DNA of 64,000 bases, taken from positions 56,916,001 through 56,980,000 of the forward strand of contig OX597822.1 in NCBI GenBank assembly GCA_951406725.2, read 5' to 3'. A model generated the notes under the pieces. It did not search any database. It was not told the origin of the DNA and saw only the letters and a list, made by a program, of their open reading frames with translations. This document shows, piece by piece, positions 12,305 to 25,109 of this stretch; the first letter of the stretch is position 1; the number at the start of each line of letters is the position of its first letter. The position numbers and the translations under genes are program-made. This DNA is from Octopus vulgaris (Eukaryota).

Positions 12305-13000
12305 AGAAAATAGTAAAAAGTGAAAAAACTACAGAAGGCTTGTTTTGAAAGGTTAAAAAATATATATTTGAGTCATTATGTCAGAAGAATGTTATAAATT
12401 TTTTTCATACAATGACATAGTTTTTGAAGAAATGACCGGTTTCGCGTTCAGCTTTTCAAATTTCTTACATCGTTATGTTTTCGTTGAGAAGTGTAAAGAA
12501 GAGTTCCAGATAAGGGGAGGTAATAAGTGATTTATTCCGGTGTAAGGGAGATAGTCGCTTAATATTTCTTGCCTTTTTTGGGGGGGTGAGTTTCTCTGTA
12601 TAAGAATGTTGGAATGGTTAAGTTTGGGCTTGTATTTTTCAATGAAGAATGTTTCCTTGTTTAGTCTAATTTGTGTTGGTGTTCCGATAGCACATTGGTA
12701 AGATGGAAAGATTAAAAATTGTGGTAGTAGTTGCTTTGCGCATTTCTCAATGTGCTCACTAAAGGGTATCATTCTGTATTCTGGGAATGCAATCTGTCGT
12801 CGATGCAGTGTGCATCTACGTCTGAGTGATAGTCCCGTGGACCCCACGTAGTTTTGGTGGCAGCCCGAGCATCTTATGACATAAATTATGTTTTCAGAGG
12901 CACAAGTAAAATTAGATTTGATCTTGAATTTCTGTCCCTCTTTGAAGAGGAATTCTGATCCTTCTAGCAGGTTTGGACATGTTGCACAGTTCGGTCTACC
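12305..13000 (-). mobile_element. Penelope-like element 3' fragment with GIY-YIG endonuclease
   Basis: Minus strand KCGRPNCATCPNLLEG...CASENIIYVIRCSGCHQNYVGSTGLSLRRRCTLH...KETFFIEKYKPKLN (Cys-rich linker plus IIY/YVG); ends at (TA)n. Confidence 0.92.
12427..12466 (-). ncRNA. Minimal type I hammerhead ribozyme with U3:A8 core variant
   Basis: aagaaat-TTGAAAA-gc-tgaac-gc-GAAA-ccgg-TC-atttctt: 7-bp perfect stem I, GUC triplet, palindromic stem III, immediately 3' of the GIY-YIG ORF. Confidence 0.85.
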
Positions 13001-13487
13001 ACATTTTTTTTATTTTTGCATCCGTAATTTCAGAAAATATATATATATATATTACACTATACTATACTATACTATACACACACACATATACGTCAACTTT
13101 TTGATTTTCCCCTACCTGTTACATCCGCTCAGTCAAGTATGGGGTGCGGAAATCCAAAAGATTCAATATTTGCTCGCGACAACACGAGAACCTGAAGCAA
13201 TTTGCAATGCACTTTATACACCACCGATTTTGTGGTATCTTTCGTTCCAGAACCGTGCAGCAGTGCAGGATTAAATGCTACAAACATGACAGTAATTCTA
13301 GCTAAAATTCTAGGAGATTTCTGTCGTTTTATTATTATCGTTTACGTTACTAAGTCTTGTGAGAACATGGCTAGGCTGTTACACTAACGATCGGGAGATC
13401 GTGAATTCAATTCCTAGACCGCGTGACACGTTGTGATCTTGAGCATAACGCTTCACCTCACGTTGCTCTGCGATTGTTTCGACACCT

Positions 13488-13717
13488 ATTTCTTTATTAC
13501 CCACAAGGGGCTAAACACAGAGGCAACAAACAAGGACAGACATAGGTATTAAGTCGATTACATCGACCCCAGTTCGTAACTGGTACTTAATTTATCGACC
13601 CCGAAAGGATGAAAGGCAAAGTCGACCTCGGCGGAATTTGAACTCACAACGTAACGCAGACGAAATACCGCTAAGCATTTCGCCCGGCGTGCTAACGTTT
13701 CTGCTAGCTCGCAGCCT
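13488..13717 (-). mobile_element. Young Meta-domain SINE with Tx1-like 3' tail, nested in another SINE
   Basis: 11-bp TSD tttcgacacct at 13477-13487 and 13718-13728; tail ctctgtgtttagccccttgtgggtaataaagaaat. Confidence 0.9.
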
Positions 13718-14889
13718 TTTCGACACCTGACATGTGATACACCGTACACCAGTTCAGGCAATGTCAATTTGACGGAAGGAGTGAGTTATTGTACAGCACT
13801 TACATTTGATCACTATAAACAAATCATTTGTGAAGGTCGTTCGGCAAAAGCTGAACACACATACGTCGTATTCGATGGGAGAGTCTATCACTAAACTTTA
13901 ATTTGAAACAGCCTTCCAACTCTTCAGTTCGAATAATAAGAAGGCACAAATACTTAAAACGAAATTTTATAAGTGCTGACCGCCTAACTACTGAAGCTCA
14001 CTAGATCCTCAAAAATGAAATTATTCATTAACTTGCACTTCAGAGAGAGAGAGGGGGAGAGGCGGAGAGCTTAGTGAGTTCGCAGGTGGTGATAAATTTA
14101 ATTTTAATCGCTTTTAGTTAGATTTAAGGAGAATTATGCTTTCATGATATTTTTTTTACTAGTGAACAAAGTTGTATCATGAAACAGTGGCAGCGAAAAT
14201 TTACCGGATAATCAGTAGTGTACTTTTACATGTAATTACGTCTCAAAAAATAATAATAATAATAACAAAGCAGAAAATATTCTCATGTGAATTCTTTCAC
14301 AATACCAGAAAACTTTGTGCCGACTAAATGCCGATTGGAAATTAAAAATAAAAAGACATGTTAAAATAAATACATTTAATTTCTAATTTCTATCTGATAC
14401 AAGCAAGAAATGTATATACTCATCAATATATCTATTAGGAGGTGAATTCGTAACAGAAATAGATGATCTTTGTAATATATAGTCGTTACAATCATAGATA
14501 AAATATGAACAAATTTTACGTCTATGTTCGTTCACAATATGAGAAATATGATGCTTGAAGCAAGACGATAAATCGTTATGTTATATTTCTAATGGAGAAA
14601 GTAAATAAAGTAATTGCTTATTTAATTGTACTTCCCTACATGTTTCGACATTTCGCCAAAAATCTTAAGTTGAACTTTTTACTAATATATAAAAATATTG
14701 CTGTAGGTATGTCATGCAACGAATATTTTATTAGACTACCTTATTATATATATGCCTTTAGTTTAAATTTAGTACATGTTTTTTGTTCTATAACTCTGAA
14801 CACTAATTTCCTAGCAAATGTAAGATGTACATGGAGGATGTGAAGAATATAAGCATTCTGCACGCTTTTTTTATATATATTTTGGCATA

Positions 14890-15165
14890 CACGTGGCTTA
14901 GCGATTATAGTGTTGCATTCGAGATCATAAGGCTGTGGTTTAGATTCCGGGGATTGGGAGGTGCGTTTGTGTTCTGGAGCAAAACACTTCATATCACGGC
15001 GCTGAAGTCCATCTGGGTATGAAATGAGTTCCAGCAATATCTTGGAAGTTAACCATGCGATGAACCAGCACCCTGTTCTGTGGGGGAGTGCTGTAATTTC
15101 AGGCACTTATGCGCCATGAAAACCGAGTAAACCTCCGACCTTGTGAGTCGAAAGTTATATGACAT
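14890..15165 (+). mobile_element. Diverged tRNA-SINE
   Basis: A-box-like gtggcttagcg, B-box-like ggtttagattcc, body gagcaaaacacttcatatcacg. Confidence 0.6.
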
Positions 15166-16546
15166 GTCTAAGACCCAAGTCAATACATGTTTCATATTGC
15201 TAAAATATAAAACTATATGAACGGTTCAACGATAAGTAAAATATTAATGAATAAATTTAGTTTGAGAATCTAATGTAACGCTTTTGAAGAGTCTTATTCC
15301 AGAAAACTGAATTATTTATTCTCGAAAATATATTTGAGAAAATTTAATTTCAAACATATTTATTTTATTGTTTGAAGTATTTTAGTCGATTTCGTACAGA
15401 TCATCTATGGCTCACTTAATAACTAACATCTTTTGACTGATAATTTTGTATTGTTTATGAAAAAGATAAAGCACAATTCATAAGAATGATATAAAATGAT
15501 CAGAAAAGTTATGCGTTACTGAGAAAAACAAGTTAAAGTTAAAACCAACAACGTTTTAATCTTCATATTGCTTCTATAAATAATTTAAGCCAGGAATATT
15601 TTATTTCAATCTTAGTATAATTTTTCTAGGTCTATAGATTAATTCATAGTTAAAAGAAGCAGTTGTGATAGACAAAGTGTTATCTTTGCATAAATGGAAA
15701 TATCAAAAATAGACAATTGTGATATTCACAGAGAGGAATTACAGCGAAATACTTAAGCAAAAAATATCCTTCTTATAATAATTGGGAGTATGTATATGCG
15801 GTCTGATATTTGTAGTAGTAAAGCAATGTTTAACAAACGAAGTAACTAACTTTTGATATTAGATGGCCCCTTTAAAAACTACCTATTTAGAGGTAAATTT
15901 TTTACCCGTAGTGAGTAGCATTTTTATTTGGCTCAATTAGGCAGACAGACAGACAGACAGACAGACAGGCATTTCATGCCTTGGATACATTTCACCCAGC
16001 GTGCTAACGATTCCATCTGCTCGCCGCTTTATTATACGTATAAAATATTAAAGAAATAATTATGAAGCAAATAGGCCATGACTTACAACCAGGCTGATAA
16101 CCCTGCCAAAATGTGACGCTTTGATCAGTAGATGCGAATTAACTGATGAAAGCGGAAATCATGAGACAAGTCTGGTTCTACAGTTATACATCTTCAGTTG
16201 GGGTGGGGGGGTTCCTTTTCCGAAATATTTTTTAATATTTTTCCTTGCAGAACAATAACGAGAAAAATTAACAGCAACTAAGAAATTCTAATTGATTTGC
16301 AACAATTACCCTTCATGTAGGGACCACACGGAATCGCTAAATATTGCAGTAAATAGAATATTGACTTTCGTTCAATGACACAAAAACATGAACGACAATA
16401 GCAACAACAGCTTAATTGTAAGTCAAAATATCGGCCAAAAATGTCTTCCGGAAAAAAATATTACAACTATTCTTTAATTGCAATCCAAAATATATATATC
16501 ATATTTTTTTATCACACACATACATACACATACATACATACATACA

Positions 16547-16577
<31 letters not shown>

Positions 16578-16787
16578 TCGATAATTGAGAAATATAATGA
16601 AAGTCGTTGTATAACAAAATGAGTGAAGATATAAATTCAGACGGCCATGTTCTTTTTCGAATGTTACGAGTGAATTATCATCTTAAGCACACGAAACGAT
16701 GTAAATACAATTCAATTGTTTACATATATGTAGACATCTAGATATACTAATATGTAAATGTACAATATGGTCCTTGATATTTGACGC

Positions 16788-16872
16788 GATGAGTTACCAC
16801 AATGGTTAACACCACCGATGAGTAACAATGAGTAACACCATCGATGAGTTACCGCAATGAGTAAAACCACCG
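16788..16872. repeat. Short imperfect tandem repeat, ~29-bp unit
   Basis: cgatgagttacc.caatg(a)gt.aacacca repeated about three times. Confidence 0.65.
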
Positions 16873-17369
16873 GCCATGAACCACTGTATCTTTATCTGTA
16901 GCTCATATGTAACTCTTTTGGAAATTCTTGTAGATAATCATTTATGTTTGGGACTGGGGATTTCCTTTAGAGTGAAGGAACATATTTAACTTGCACATGT
17001 GAGTCTATTTATCTCCTTATTGACGATATATACAACTCCCAATCGCCACTCTCACACTTACCAAGCCATTCTTTACATCACTTCATTCCTTTTGGATTCC
17101 CTATGACGTTCCTGCAGCTATCAACTTACAATTATTTGTGAAGGGGAACAACCGTGCCGAACACACCTGTCTCTGAGAACCTGAACGCGACTCTTTCATT
17201 TAGCCAATCTAATAATGTATATATATATATATATATATGTATATATGTGTGTGTGTGTATACATGCGTATGTAAGTATTAATTCATATCATATGTGCATA
17301 TACAATCATACATACATTACTGTTCTATTAAGATAAGGTCAACAAAAAAGAACACTGTTTAGTGATTGA

Positions 17370-17985
17370 CTAATATCACTTAATGTACGCAGTAGCAAGA
17401 TATAAGCTACTAGTAGTTTAATAGTTTCTTGCTTTAGAGACACGTGACAAGGCAGGTTTTTATAACACGTCTTCTACTTGAAAATCTGGACGCTGGTGCA
17501 TGAAAAATCATAACAAAACAAGAGGGTTAATCGAAAAAGTGGATGGGCGAATAAAAACAGAAAAAGAAAAGAGAAAATATTAGCGTCACGTCTTCTTTGA
17601 CCGTAGTAGCTATATCAAAACTAGCTGTAGTAGAATAATTCAAAGGAGTGGGGTCCAAAGTCTGCGAGACAGCTGCTCAATCCTGAGAGGTTGTGACCTC
17701 CTTTTCACCTAAAGAGATTTTTTTCATATGCATTCGCTGAAAATTTCGGATTCTGAATTAAGTAGTGTGGTGGACTTCTCAGATTGCAAATTCTTTTCAG
17801 ATCTAAGGATTCCACCGCATTACTTAGTGCATTGGAATACTTAGATGTTAAATTTTCAGCAAATGCATGCATACGGACAAAGTTTATTTGGTGACCTGGA
17901 GGAACTACCTAGAAACGTGTGTCCGAAGCAAGAAACTAATACTAACTCATATCTTTAGACTGTGTACATTAAAGGATATATACAT
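17370..17985 (+). mobile_element. Non-coding fold-back module with a degenerate long-stem-II hammerhead
   Basis: 17370-17435 is an inverted copy of 17925-17980; a ~220-nt hairpin (17690-17910) lies between CTGAGAG (17683) and GAAAcgtgtgTC (17912-17923). Confidence 0.6.
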
Positions 17986-18029
17986 ACATATATATATGCA
18001 TATGTTTATGAATTTATACATATGCATGT

Positions 18030-18340
18030 AAGCCAAGCTTAGTGGTTAGAATAATCGGCTCGCAATCGTAAAGTCGTGAATTCGATTCCCAGCGGCGCGC
18101 AGTGTTCGTGAGCAAGAGACTATTTCCCGTTGCTCGAGCCAGCTCAGCTGGCAAAAATTAGTAATACTTGTATTTGAAAGAGCTAACATTGAAACATTCT
18201 GTGTCATGCTGAATCTTTCTGAGACCTACGTTAAGAGTAAGCGTGTCGGTGGAGTGGTCAGCCACTTGCACGTTAATTTCACGAGCAGGCAATTCCATTT
18301 ATCGGATCAGCTGAAACCCTTGTCGTCGTAACCAACTAAG
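18030..18340 (+). mobile_element. tRNA-derived SINE
   Basis: gcttagtggttaga A box, aattcgattcc B box, body homologous to 13370-13487. Confidence 0.75.
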
Positions 18341-18372
18341 TGTCAGTTTTATATACGCATATGTATATGAAC

Positions 18373-18418
<46 letters not shown>

Positions 18419-18446
18419 GTGTATATATATATATATATATATATAA

Positions 18447-18537
<91 letters not shown>

Positions 18538-18785
18538 TATATAGTAGTAGGAAATATAATTCCAAATTTCAGGGGAAAATTCAATTTAGCAATTGTAAAT
18601 CAAATTTCAAATTCAGCAATTTAATTTTTTCTATATGGTATGAATAACGTCTTTCACTATTAAATTGCTTAATATAGTTTTTTTCTCTAAATTATATACA
18701 CACACACACACACATATATATATACATATATGAATATATGTGAATAAATATATATATATAAATATGTCTATATATACATACATAC

Positions 18786-18816
<31 letters not shown>

Positions 18817-18818
18817 CA

Positions 18819-18852
<34 letters not shown>

Positions 18853-18859
18853 AATATTG

Positions 18860-19745
18860 AAAGATGATAAACAAGATTATAAGTTATTAGTTCCTACATT
18901 AGTTTCACCATTGCACTTATTTGGAGCTAAGTATAGGATATTTTAAGTGCATTTGGATGCTTAACCGTACTGAACCATCAGCGGAATACTTGATTGTATT
19001 CCCTTCCATATATAATATCAGAAGTCAGCAAAATTGCGAGGTAATTTATTAGTAATTAGAGAACGGAGGAGAAATTAAGCAAGTGATGAAAAAAAAATAA
19101 AAGAGTAGACGAAAGACTGAACAAAATAGTAAATAAAGCATACTAGAAAATAAATATATAAAACACAAGTAAATAAATAGATGCATACATATAAAAACAC
19201 ATATGTATATACATAGATACACATATACATGCATACATACATACATACATTCATACATACATGCATACATACATACACACACATATAAAATAATATATGT
19301 GTGTATGTATCAGAGTGATGGATGAGATACAAAAAGCAGGAAGTGTAACTGTGTTTCTGTGTGTGTATATATATATATATATATATTATTTGTTTATTTA
19401 CTTTCTCTTTATGAACTAGTACTCTTACTTTTTATCCTGTTTACTACTATGTCGATCAATTCTTTTCTTTCTTGCTGTTCCCTCTTTTTTATACTGTGTC
19501 CATTAAATGATATATACATACATATATATACGCATGTGTTTATGCATTTATACTTCCTTCTCTCATCATTTATAAATAACCTCGCCATATGTCGGACTCT
19601 TGAAATTAGATCTCTCTAAGAGAATGCAGTAAAGTATTCCATTGATCCAAATGCACTTGAAACATCCAGCGCTGTTTCAAATTACTGCAAAGGTGAAACG
19701 TACGTAAGAACTAACAATTTATATCTGTTTTATCTTAATTGTTCC
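18860..19745. repeat. Diverged head-to-head pair of Penelope-pLTR-like modules around a microsatellite
   Basis: Reverse complement of 18865-19075 aligns with 19550-19740 (ataa.t.acctcgc, aagtattcc, atccaaatgcactt, ggtgaaac....gta.gaactaa). Confidence 0.7.
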
Positions 19746-20557
19746 CTATATATATGATGTATATCATAACTATTAACACTACTGAGTACATACATATGTA
19801 GACTAACAAAACTGGAAGCTGACTAACTAATGATAATCTACATGGAGCTCTAACTCAAACAGTATCAGTCATGAATCAAACTGTGCATACAAGATATATA
19901 TATATATATATATAATTAATTAATTAATTAATTGTTTGGCTGACTAATAAGTTGTTTGAGCTATTTAAATCTAGAGTTATCTCACTTCGTTCCATTCGTT
20001 TTTTTTAAATAAACTCCCCGCATCTCTTAAATATAACATTAAAAGTAATTAGATAAATAAATAGATGGCTACATGCCTAAGGGGTTTATTGATAAAGTGA
20101 CTTAACAATATTACGTGGAACCTTGCATTTTAGGCATTTTGTTACCTGGAGTCTTGCATTTGAAACAATGTGTCAGATATAATAGATTTTGAACATATTT
20201 TTACCGATAATGACTATAATTTGGTAATATGTAGGTATAGTTATATATAGAAGAGAATATGTGAGGATTCGGAGAAGGAATTCTGGGCGTAATTTTAGCG
20301 ATTAACGACATGTTAAGACAATATATACGGTCACTTTTGAGGTTTCGTCCCTTGTTTGAGTTTGATCCAACTGACTCCAGGCATGTATTTTTAACCATAT
20401 AGTATCCATATAAGTTAGTAAATATATGAATGATTCACATAAACTAATACATATAATATTGTATAAGGGTTTTTAAAATAAATTTGTAATAATTTGTCTC
20501 TCATATGTATTATATTAAAATAATATCCCCTTAGTATATCAGTTTAACCTTAAATTC

Positions 20558-20619
<62 letters not shown>

Positions 20620-20744
20620 ATGTATGAATTCACCTACATTTTGTTTTATTTTTGTTTTCTTATAATATAATTATTTGAGGGAATATTAATCCAAACTTAC
20701 AAGGAAAAAATTCAATTTAGAAATACTAAATCAAATTTCAACCA

Positions 20745-20786
<42 letters not shown>

Positions 20787-20941
20787 GAAAAAAACACCTA
20801 TTATCAATTCAAAATGAACAATTAAATTACATCATCTAGAAAATTACATATAATAGAAATATTAAAATTAAAATAACAATAAAATACCAATGATTAAGTA
20901 AATTGCAAAAAAAATTTTAAAAACGTATATAATTTGTAGAA

Positions 20942-21043
20942 TAACGAACGTGTTCGGGGCTATATTTAAGACATGATTATAGTAAAAAAATTAATAGTAG
21001 TAGTAAAATCACTTCGATATAAATATAGCCACTCATCAGGTTA
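20942..21043 (-). ncRNA. Hammerhead motif with extended stem II and an A15.1 substitution
   Basis: taac-CTGATGA-g.ggctatattta[long loop]taaatatagcc.c-GAAc-acgt-TC-gtta. Confidence 0.65.
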
Positions 21044-21189
21044 AAAATAAACTAGAATAATAAGATAATTAATTAATAAATATACTTTAATATATATATA
21101 TATATATAAAATGCTAAATATACGTTAAGTGAAAACTAAAACAACACTTAAATTATTAAATACTTTAAAATTAATTAATATGCACAATA

Positions 21190-21463
21190 CTAGTACAAGT
21201 CATTAAATTGTAATCAAAATAAGAAATGGTTCAAATATAGACAAACTCATTAAATAAGCTAACTATATAATTAATATACATGTGTATTATCTATAGATTT
21301 AATATATCAATCTATAATATCTAAATATCAATTAATATAATACCAAATTATCTTAAAATTTAATACTACATAATAAATATACCACCTAATAATTAAATAA
21401 TATATTGTCTAACAAAATTAATTCTCAAATTAAATTAAATGTAATACGTTAGATGCCTTTATA

Positions 21464-21548
<85 letters not shown>

Positions 21549-22240
21549 TAATATAAATAAATAGATATAAGAATTAATATCTATCGTAACTTATATCTAT
21601 CAATATATATAAAAATGATATAATTGCGAGATTTATTTGCTAATGGAAAGTAAGAAACATTTCAGCCCCCGAATTAAAGAAAGGTGCAAAAATATTAGAA
21701 CCAATGAATAATACACTATGAAGATTTTCCATCACAATCACCAGTCCACTGCAAATCCAGTCAATAACAATGATAACAATAACAACGCTCAAAGTCAAAA
21801 TAATAATAAGATCCAAATAATATAAACTATGTTACTAAGTTCAACGATTAAATTAATCTATCTGGATTTTAAATGTATTGATATGTTTCAGCGTCTAATT
21901 AATATACCCAGTGCTATTACTAGTCATGAATAATACAATAAAAAATTGGAAATAGTTCAAATATACACAAATCCATTATATAAACTAATTATATTATTAA
22001 TATCTATGTATAATATCTATAGATTTAATATTTCACACGATAATAAAGTTAAACATAAAATTGATATTAAAATAAAAATTAGTTTACTTAAATGTAATAC
22101 TATTTAATAAAAATATCATCTAATTATTAAAAAATATATAGTCTAACGAAACTAATTCTCAAATCAAATATTATGTAAAACCTTTAAATTCTTATATAAA
22201 AATTAAAAGATATCATATCTAATATCGAACGTAAAAAGTA
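21190..22240. repeat. AT-rich diverged direct repeats, period ~730 bp
   Basis: tatctatagatttaatat and gtctaac.aaa.taattctcaaat occur at ~21290/21407 and ~22014/22141. Confidence 0.65.
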
Positions 22241-22429
22241 ACTATAAATAAATAATAATATTACAACAACAATAATAATAACAACAATAATAATAATAAT
22301 TTCAACCCCAAAACTATTCCAAATTCAAAGGAAATAGATAAACGAGAAAATGTTAAACAGTAAGACAACAAAAGAAAGAAAGAGACCTCGATATTATGTA
22401 TATATTATTTACCTAACTTGTTTTATTTT

Positions 22430-24850
22430 ATCAGTGATCAAAGAATTCCGCTAGTTCATTCACTTGCCTGTGTTCCAACGGGGTGGTAAAGACGCTTTTG
22501 AACTGGTCATTCAGTACCTCACTGATCCTGTTTGGATTATCTGTGAGGGAACCATCCTTTTGGAAGAGCGGTCTTCTCTTGCTGTTACTTTTGCATAATG
22601 AAAGGCCTTTTTTATACCTCAGGCTTCTGTGTCTGCTCTTTCCCTCACACAGAATTGTTGCAGGCATTTTTCAATCTCTATGAGTGTTGTTTTTAGGCGG
22701 GACCTTACGCTACTATTGGGATATTGGTTAAGGCGATTTGCAACCTTCGTCCGTCGTCTCATGAGGATCTTCCTCTCCCTTGGAATCTTGTTACCATTTG
22801 TTGTGGCCTTGTGCTCTGGGACATATTTCTGGCATATGGCTTGCACAACAGACATGAAATATTCTAGTTTCATGCTGATGTCTGGTGTACAGAGACATTT
22901 GGCCAGTCCTATCTGAGGATCTTTTTTTGGATCGATTTCCAGTCTGCTTTGGGGAAGTTCAGATTGGAGAGATTTCGGGTGCTTCCTTTAGGCCGTATGT
23001 CTCTGGCTACTTTCGACCCGAACATACACAGGTCTATTATGTTGTGATCCGAGACTAATATCGGCGTCACTTTCACATTATGAACAATGTCTATATTGTT
23101 TGTGAAACAAAGATTCAAAATGTTATTCGCCGTAGCTGGTCTGAGTACAACTTGCCCCATGAATAGGGTATTGGTTAGGTTGAGCAGGGATCCACATGTG
23201 CTTGTTTGCAATGAGTTATTCGTGAGAGCCTGAGTCCTCCGGCCATTTGACGTTGGGGAAGTTGAAATCACCCATAAGAAATATGCCCACGCGGTGTTTC
23301 AGTTGCATGAGGATATCTTTAATTCATGTGAGTCAATTTTCAAACTTGCCTATGTGATTTGGAGCATCCGGTGGGTAATATGTATTGTATATGACTATAT
23401 TGTGTTGTCTTAGAGTATCACATACGGAATTTGAGTATGACAGTAAGACCTGTGGTGTGAGGTCATTTATGAAGAAACTCCACCATGGCTTCTTTCCCGT
23501 CTGTCTGTTCACAGTATGGCATATTTCGGCACGTGTACTTCTGCATCCTCTATATCAGGGCTGAGTTGTCTCCACGAGTGCTACGCATAGGGCTTGATTG
23601 TATGCAGCAAGGTCTCTCAGGAAAAAAATTGCTTTTGTTATGATGCAACTGGCTCCCCAATATGACGACTTTGCAGGCGTTAGGAGAGGCTATCCCGTGT
23701 CTGTTAACTGTGGTGGTCTTGCGCAGTGGTGGGCACGGTTCCTTGTTTGCGCTTGGTGTAGCCAGGTCAGCTGCTGCACAATCTTTTGTGCCATGCGCAG
23801 AAGACTCTTTCTCAGCTGCTGCTGCCTTGCGCATAACCTCTTGAGAACGCACTTCTTTTCTATATTTTCCCCTTGGGAACGATTTTTGCCTTTTCTCGGG
23901 GAAGTTTTTCTCCTTAAGGCCTCTGTAGTCTTGGCGGGCTCTCGGGTGAGCAAACCGTCAGATTTTGCCGTCTTCGCCATGCCAATATTTGCCTTGCAGG
24001 TAAAATTTGCAGGTCCTTGAGTGCCGTACAAATTTCTACTCTTCTCTAGGGTTTTGGATTGCATTGGATCCTCCATGGGGTTTTCTGTTTCTTTTATTTG
24101 GTGGGTTGGGGTTTTGGCTTTAGGTATTTCATTTTTTCCTTTTCCTTTTTCTCCCTTTCCTTCTTTATGTTTATGTTCTTGTTCTGTCCTGCCTTTTCTT
24201 ATGTTGTGAATTTCTTTCCTCTCGTTGTCCAATGGGATGAGGGCTCTGTTCCTTTGTGGGACCACTGGCACAGAGGGGCTTCTAGTTGTTGCTTCCTTGG
24301 CTCTCCCATCATTTTCTGCCTGGTCGTTCACATAAGGAACCACAGGATCAAAGACACTTCTAGATTGTGTCACCTTTTCTCTATCGTTATCAGCCTTGCC
24401 ACAATAATTTTCCATTATGACATCCAGAGTGTCAATGTGTTGTCTGATAAGCATATAGGATTGGATGAATTCATTTTTCTTCCGCTATATTTGATCAATG
24501 GCTCTACAAAAGCCATTATTTCTCAGTGCAGCATTGATGATGTTGCTTGCCATATCGCCACTAGCAATCATCCATGCTCACAACAGAATATTTAATTCTT
24601 TCTTCTCCCACTTTGGTGCTATCTTCTTTTTTTCAGTGCAGAGAGGGAGTAGAGGATAAAGAGGGACTAAGAGATAGAGGGATGGAAATATGGAAATAGG
24701 GAAATGGAATAGGAAGAGAGAGAGAGAGAGAGAAGCAGGAATGGGAGGAATATATGTAAGGGAAAGAGAGAGAAGGGAGGAAGAGGTAGGTATGAAAGAG
24801 AGAGTGGGAGCAGGTAACGAAGATGTATAGGAAAACGAAAAACAAAATTT
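22430..24850 (-). mobile_element. CR1-like LINE 5' half (ORF1 plus APE endonuclease), degenerate
   Basis: LMGDFNFP, RPATANNILNLCFTN, VSDHNIIDL, NFPKADWKSI; upstream basic ORF1-like frame 23690-24454. Confidence 0.82.
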
Positions 24851-25109
24851 ATAATTCTAAATAGGATTTATAATTCTAAATAATTCTAAAGAGATAAAGT
24901 GAAAAAAAGAAACGATAGTGAAAAGAAAGGGGTTTCATAATGATTTCTAGTTATCAAATAGAATGAAAGCGAATAGGTCGGTGTAATAAAAACTGAATGA
25001 AAATTATAGTGAGAATTCTCAGAAACTAAACAATGACTGAGTCGTAACTCAAATTTTCATCCGGTATTACCAAACAAATGAGAAGGATACTTATTCGCAA
25101 TAGGTAAAA

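Noticed and set aside
14625-14725. Minus-strand GAAA-catg-TA half hammerhead
   Set aside because: The upstream CUGANGA box is unrecognisable; too degenerate to call
16140-16170. CTGATGA-aagcg-GAAA-tcatga hammerhead-like string
   Set aside because: No stem II, no UH triplet after the palindrome and no stem I
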